Positions 59,335 through 64,000 of a DNA stretch of 64,000 bases are shown in pieces. The notes beneath the pieces are model-generated. The model made no database searches. It was not told the origin of the DNA and saw only the letters and a list, made by a program, of their open reading frames with translations. How positions within the stretch are numbered: position 1 is the first letter of the stretch; each line of letters starts with the position of its first letter. Origin of the DNA: an uncultured Candidatus Rokubacteria bacterium (GTDB lineage: Bacteria > Methylomirabilota > Methylomirabilia > Rokubacteriales > CSP1-6); NCBI GenBank assembly GCA_963771355.1, contig CAVYTA010000006.1, forward strand, positions 1,184,001-1,248,000, in the 5' to 3' direction. The position numbers and the translations under genes were made by a program.

Positions 59335-60324
59335 ATGCCCATCCCCCTCCGCCCCCCTCGCCGCGCCGTCTTCGCGCTCGCCGCCACCCTGCTTCTCGGC
59401 GGCTGCTCCTCACTCATCTCGATCGACTTCACGCCGCGTATCAAACCGCTCGAGGAGGAGACGGTCGAGGGCTCGCGCTTGAGCTCGAGTAAGATCTTGC
59501 TCCTCGATCTCTCCGGCCTCCTCCAGGAGGACACGCCCAGCCTCTCGCTGACCACCCCGCCTCCCCACGTGCCCCTCCTCGCCCGCGTGCGCGAGGAGCT
59601 GCGCCGCGCCTCGGAGGACAACAAGGTGCGCGCGCTGGTGGTGCGCATCAACAGCCCGGGCGGGACCATCACCGCCTCCGACGTGCTCTACAAGGAGATT
59701 CGCGAGTTCAAGCAGCAGCGGAAGGTGCCGGTGGTGGCGGCCATCATGGACGTGGGCGCCTCCGGCGGCTACTACGCCGCCCTGGCCGCGGATCAGATCC
59801 TCGTGCACCCCACCACCATCACCGGCAGCATCGGCGTGATCATGGTGACCCTGAACGCCCAGGGCCTTCTGGAGAAGATCGGGGTGGCACCGCTCGCCAT
59901 CAAGTCGGGTCCACTCAAGGATGCGGGTTCGCCGTTTCGCGGCCTCACCGACGAGGAGCGCGGAGTCTTCCAGGGGGTCATCGACGACATGTATGGGCGC
60001 TTCGTGCGCCTGGTGGCGGAGTCGCGGAAGATCCCCGAGGCGCGCGTGCGGGCCTTTGCCGACGGGCGCATCTACACCGCGGAGCAGGCCCGCGGGCTGG
60101 GGCTGGTGGATCGCGTGGGCTATCTCGACGAGGCGATCGAGATGGCGAAGCAGGCTGCCGGCCTCACCGAGGCGCGCGTGGTGATGTACCACCGGCCGCG
60201 CGAGTACCGCGCCAACATGTACTCCGCCGCCCCGGTCACCCCGGGCGCGGACGCCTTGCTCGGCCAGCTCGCCGGCGCCCTGGGGGGTCCGGGGACCCGC
60301 TTTCTCTATCTCTGGTGGCCCTGA
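59335..60324 (+). CDS. sppA: Signal peptide peptidase SppA (S49) lipoprotein
   Basis: INSPGG, ASGGYY, GSIGV, KSG..K, DGRIYT. Confidence 0.92.
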   Translation: MPIPLRPPRRAVFALAATLLLGGCSSLISIDFTPRIKPLEEETVEGSRLSSSKILLLDLSGLLQEDTPSLSLTTPPPHVPLLARVREELRRASEDNKVRALVVRINSPGGTITASDVLYKEIREFKQQRKVPVVAAIMDVGASGGYYAALAADQILVHPTTITGSIGVIMVTLNAQGLLEKIGVAPLAIKSGPLKDAGSPFRGLTDEERGVFQGVIDDMYGRFVRLVAESRKIPEARVRAFADGRIYTAEQARGLGLVDRVGYLDEAIEMAKQAAGLTEARVVMYHRPREYRANMYSAAPVTPGADALLGQLAGALGGPGTRFLYLWWP

Positions 60325-60388
60325 TCCCCGGCTCGACGCCACCAAATCCTTCCGGGGCGAGGGTCCCCGGTGCTAGCGTGAACGGGCC

Positions 60389-60790
60389 ATGCCTCTTCGG
60401 TCCCTGAGCGTCACGAAAGCGGGCAATCGGCGTGGATTCACCCTCATCGAGCTGATGGTAGTCGTCGCGGTGATCGGCATCCTCACCGCCATCGCCATCC
60501 CGCTCTACACCAACATGCAGCTCCGCGCGCGGGTGGCCAAAGCGCAGGGCGACGCGCGGGCCCTCGTCTCCGCCATCAGCCTCTACTCCGCGCACATGCA
60601 GTCGCTGCCGCCCAACTTGGCCGCGCTCAACTCGGCCGCCGTCAATAACCTGGGCGCCACCGCAGGGCCCTTCATGGCCTCCACCCCGAACCCGCCCGAG
60701 GGCTGGACCACCTACGGCTACACCTCGACGGCGGGGGGCGTGTACGTGGTCTCGACCACCGGCGATAGCTTCGTCGTCAGCCTGCCCTGA
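60389..60790 (+). CDS. Type IV pilin / pseudopilin
   Basis: RRG|FTLIELMVVVAVIGIL prepilin cleavage motif. Confidence 0.9.
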   Translation: MPLRSLSVTKAGNRRGFTLIELMVVVAVIGILTAIAIPLYTNMQLRARVAKAQGDARALVSAISLYSAHMQSLPPNLAALNSAAVNNLGATAGPFMASTPNPPEGWTTYGYTSTAGGVYVVSTTGDSFVVSLP

Positions 60791-60803
60791 CGGGCGGCCG
60801 CCC

Positions 60804-61487
60804 TCACTTCGGCTCCGGCATCCCGTAGCCCGCCATATCCTGCTGCTGGTTCCAGCGTAGCCAGCCCGCCTCGCTCTCTTCCCGGGTGAGCGGGCGATTG
60901 CCGCCCGGTGTGCCCGTCGCCGGAACCAGCAGCTCCTCGCCCGGCCGGACCGTGCGCTCCCACTTCGCGCCCTCCCCCGACGCGCGCGCCAGCGCCAGAC
61001 CGTGGAAGACCCGCACCAGCACCGAGCCATCGGGGGAGACCCGGATGCCGGTGCCGCCGCTCCGCACCGCCACCGTGACCGGTCCCGCCTCCACCTCGAC
61101 CGCGGTCCGTGTCACGGACAGGGGCAGCACCGCCACCCAGATCCACCCGCCGTCCTGCTTGATGCGCACGGCGCGATCCGACGCGGGCGCCCCCGCCCCC
61201 GGCTCGGCGACGAAGAGCTGGGTGAGCTGGGCCATGCGGATGGCGTGCCCGCTCGTCGTCCGCAGCACGAACCGGCCGCCCGGGAGCGCGCGGGCGCCAT
61301 CGCCCTCGGCCACCTCATCGCGGAGCTTGGCCTTGACCCATGTATTGCTTCCCTTCTTGAGGATCTCGGAGGGCCCGTTGATGGTAGAGGCTACCAGGGG
61401 GGTCTCCTTGGGCTGGGCGAGCGCGGGCGCCGTGACACACGCGAGCGCGGCGAGGACGAGGGGGATCAGCAGCGCCTTCGACTTCAT
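60804..61487 (-). CDS. Secreted FecR-like domain protein
   Basis: Signal peptide; beta-rich, VAVRSGGT...VRVFHG pattern. Confidence 0.65.
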   Translation of the reverse strand: MKSKALLIPLVLAALACVTAPALAQPKETPLVASTINGPSEILKKGSNTWVKAKLRDEVAEGDGARALPGGRFVLRTTSGHAIRMAQLTQLFVAEPGAGAPASDRAVRIKQDGGWIWVAVLPLSVTRTAVEVEAGPVTVAVRSGGTGIRVSPDGSVLVRVFHGLALARASGEGAKWERTVRPGEELLVPATGTPGGNRPLTREESEAGWLRWNQQQDMAGYGMPEPK

Positions 61488-61519
61488 CCGTCGAGTCCTT
61501 TCTATCGGGGGCCGGCCGG

Positions 61520-62302
61520 TCAATGGCCGGTCCAGCGGGGCGCGCGCTTCTCGAAGAAGGCGGTGACGCCTTCCCTGGCATCGTCGGAGAGGAAGACCAG
61601 CGTGGTCAGCTCACGCAGATAGCGAAGGGCGGCGCCGTACTCCATCTCGGTGGCCGTCGCCGCCGCCTCCTTGGCGAGCCCCAGCGCGGTGGGCGAGAGC
61701 CCGGCCAGTCGCGCGGCCAGCGTGCGCACCTCATGCTCGAGGTCGCCCCGAGCCACTACCCGGCTCACCAGGCCCATGTCGAAGGCCTCCCGCGCGGACA
61801 CCGGCTCGCCCGAGAGCACCATGAGCATGCCCCGCTTCCGGCCGGCGGCACGAAGGACGGGGGCCATCACGACGAGCGGGAGCAGGCCGAGCGTGATCTC
61901 GGGGAGCCCGAAGACGGCGTCGTCCGACGCCACCACCACGTCGCACCCCACCGCGAGCCCGCAGCCACCGGCCAGGGCGAATCCGTGCACCTGGGCGATC
62001 AGCGGCGTCCGCATCCGCGCCATGGCCTCGAGGATGCGCGGCAGACCGCTGAAGGACTCGCGTGCCTGCAACGCGGTGCCGCGGTCGCCCACGCCCTTCA
62101 GGTCCGCGCCCGCGCAGAAGGCCTTGTCCCCCGCCCCGCACAGCACGATCACGCGCGCGGCGGGATCGGCCTCGAGCGAGATCAACGCCTGCTCCAAATC
62201 GAGGAGCAGAGCCGGGTTGAGCGCGTTCCGCACCTCGGGACGATTGAGGGTGACGGTGGCGATGCCGTCCCGCGTCTCGACCAGCACCGTCTCCCCGCTC
62301 AC
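61520..62302 (-). CDS. Enoyl-CoA hydratase/isomerase family protein
   Basis: LNRPEVRNAL, FCAGADL, AGGCG, FGLPE. Confidence 0.92.
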   Translation of the reverse strand: MSGETVLVETRDGIATVTLNRPEVRNALNPALLLDLEQALISLEADPAARVIVLCGAGDKAFCAGADLKGVGDRGTALQARESFSGLPRILEAMARMRTPLIAQVHGFALAGGCGLAVGCDVVVASDDAVFGLPEITLGLLPLVVMAPVLRAAGRKRGMLMVLSGEPVSAREAFDMGLVSRVVARGDLEHEVRTLAARLAGLSPTALGLAKEAAATATEMEYGAALRYLRELTTLVFLSDDAREGVTAFFEKRAPRWTGH

Positions 62303-62886
62303 GCGGCGCCCTCCGCCCCATCCACCAGCTCGAGGAACTGCTTGAGGATGCGCGCGGTGGCGCCCCACACCACGTCCTCCACCGAGACCTGATAGAAGTG
62401 TACGGGATGGGGTTCGCCGCCGCGCTCCCAGATCTCGGTGCGAAAGATCGAGGGATCGCGAAGGAGGTCCAGGGGCACCTCGATCACCCGCTCGATCTCG
62501 CGCCCGTCGGGCTTGAACTCCACCGGGCCGCGGATGATCCCCACCACCGGGGTGATGACGAACGGGGTGGCCCGCGTGGCGGTGTCGTCGAGGAGCCCCA
62601 GCACCTCGACGGACTCCGCCGGGATCCGCGCCTCTTCCCAGGCCTCGCGCAGCGCGGTCTCCACCCGGGAGGCATCGCGCTCCTCGCAGATGCCGCCGGG
62701 AAAGGAGAACTGCCCCTTGTGATGCGGCACCGCCTCCGATTTCTTGGTGAACAGGATGTGCGGGCCGCCGTGATCGGTGATGGGCAGGAGCACGGCGGCG
62801 GAGACGAGATCGCTCCGGTCCAGCGCCACGCGCGGGTGGCGGGACAGCGCCGTGTCCAGCCGCCGGCGCAGGGTCTCCAGATCCAA
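62299..62886 (-). CDS. Nudix CoA pyrophosphatase
   Basis: AAVL, HKGQFSFPGG, ALREAWEE, VWGATA. Confidence 0.92.
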   Translation of the reverse strand: MDLETLRRRLDTALSRHPRVALDRSDLVSAAVLLPITDHGGPHILFTKKSEAVPHHKGQFSFPGGICEERDASRVETALREAWEEARIPAESVEVLGLLDDTATRATPFVITPVVGIIRGPVEFKPDGREIERVIEVPLDLLRDPSIFRTEIWERGGEPHPVHFYQVSVEDVVWGATARILKQFLELVDGAEGAA

Positions 62887-62902
62887 ATCCAGGCGGCTCC
62901 GC

Positions 62903-63685
62903 CTACCGCGCCTGGAAGCTAGGCTTCCGCTTCTCCGCGAAGGCCTTGGGGCCTTCCACGGCGTCCTCGGTGCCCCGCAGCGTGCCGGACAGAAAGGCCT
63001 CGAGCCGGAGCCCGTCGTCGAGCGGCATGGTGAGCCCGCGCAGAACCGCTTCCTTGGCGGCGCGGACGGCGAGCGGTCCGCGCTCGCAGATGGTCTCCGC
63101 CCACTCGCGCGCCGTCCCCATCAGCTCCGCGGCGGGCACCACCGCGTTCACCAGGCCGTAGTGGAGCGCCTCCGCGGCGGTCAGCGTCTTCGCCATGAGG
63201 ATCAGCTCCATCGCCTTGGCCAGCGGAATGGTGCGCGGGAGGCGCTGCGTGCCGCCCGCGCCGGGCATGATGGCCCAGCGGACCTCGGGCAGGCCGAAGG
63301 TGGCGTGGGGCACCGCGATACGCAGGTCGCAGGCCAGCGCCAGCTCCATCCCACCGGCCAGGCAGTGGCCGTTGATGGCGGCGATCATGGGCTTCCAGAG
63401 GGGGAGCCCGCGCGTGATGCCGCCGAGCCCGTAGTCGTTGTGACCGCGGCGCCGCGCGCCCTTGCCGAAGGCGGCGGGAATCATCTTCTTGAGGTCGGCG
63501 CCCGCGGAGAAGGACTTGTCCCCCGCCCCCGTGAACAGCGCCACCCAGGCTTCGTCGTCGTCGCGGAAGCGCGTCCACGCCTCGATGAGTGCGGTGTGCG
63601 TCTCGGGGTCGATGGCGTTCATCGCCTCGGGACGGTCGATGGTGATGGTGACGACGTGGCCGGCCTGCTCGTAGCGAACGGTCAT
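62903..63685 (-). CDS. Enoyl-CoA hydratase family protein
   Basis: FSAGADL, AGGMEL, PEVRW, GGTQRL. Confidence 0.92.
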   Translation of the reverse strand: MTVRYEQAGHVVTITIDRPEAMNAIDPETHTALIEAWTRFRDDDEAWVALFTGAGDKSFSAGADLKKMIPAAFGKGARRRGHNDYGLGGITRGLPLWKPMIAAINGHCLAGGMELALACDLRIAVPHATFGLPEVRWAIMPGAGGTQRLPRTIPLAKAMELILMAKTLTAAEALHYGLVNAVVPAAELMGTAREWAETICERGPLAVRAAKEAVLRGLTMPLDDGLRLEAFLSGTLRGTEDAVEGPKAFAEKRKPSFQAR

Positions 63686-63703
63686 GAGATCCTCCGACCG
63701 ATC

Positions 63704-64000
63704 CTACGACATGACGAACCCGCCGTCCACGTTGATCCCCTGGCCGGTGACGCCGCGGGACTCCGGCAACGCGAGAAAGACGGCGGCGCTGGCAATCTCC
63801 TCGGCTTCGATCATGCGACGCTGCGGCACCCGGCGCTTGATGTGACGCTCGAACACCTCCTCGCCCCCCACGTCCTCCATCACCCCCTCGCGGCTCCGGA
63901 CCTTTCGCGGCGCCAGTCCCATGCCCGCGCGCACGTAGCCGGGGCAGAGCGCGTTCACGGTGATGCCGGGATAGCCCTGGGAGGCGAGCTCGGTGGCCAG
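63704..64000 (-). CDS. SDR oxidoreductase, C-terminal part (5' end outside window)
   Basis: ITVNALCPGYV...TGQGINVDGG. Confidence 0.85.
   Translation of the reverse strand: MATELASQGYPGITVNALCPGYVRAGMGLAPRKVRSREGVMEDVGGEEVFERHIKRRVPQRRMIEAEEIASAAVFLALPESRGVTGQGINVDGGFVMS

Overview
High-GC bacterial chromosomal segment. Gene content and repeat style suggest Candidatus Rokubacteria/Methylomirabilota, but this is inference. Positions 1-25.8 kb hold mixed housekeeping and metabolic genes: a Cys/Met PLP enzyme with a MocR regulator, a GatA-like amidase with a tiny partner, tag, an oligopeptide ABC SBP with permeases, a RACo/hotdog/UroD-like operon, M23 plus ankyrin, ychF, queF, DUF1501/DUF1800 and oxidoreductases. 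Positions 25.9-56.9 kb form a carbon-storage and fatty-acid region: lipase with WS/DGAT, two phasin-like genes, a CYP102-type P450-reductase fusion, a carboxylesterase, two acyl-CoA ligases, phaR/phaB/phaJ/phaE/phaC, SCP2, a crotonase and a FadR-like TetR. A palindrome TRACRC-N3-GYGTYA recurs at the promoters of both phasins, phaR and phaC (candidate PhaR operator). Inside this region (30.06-36.8 kb) is a cryptic integron with a ~60 bp integrase remnant co-oriented with the array, an attI-like site and five attC sites. Its cargo includes orphan solute-binding proteins and a SulP gene trailed by a decayed 5S rRNA fragment. An IS3 element has inserted into one of two copies of a ~125 bp palindromic MITE-like repeat. 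Several single-base frameshifts (DUF445, CYP102, IS3) may be long-read assembly errors. All calls come from reading the sequence; no database searches were run.
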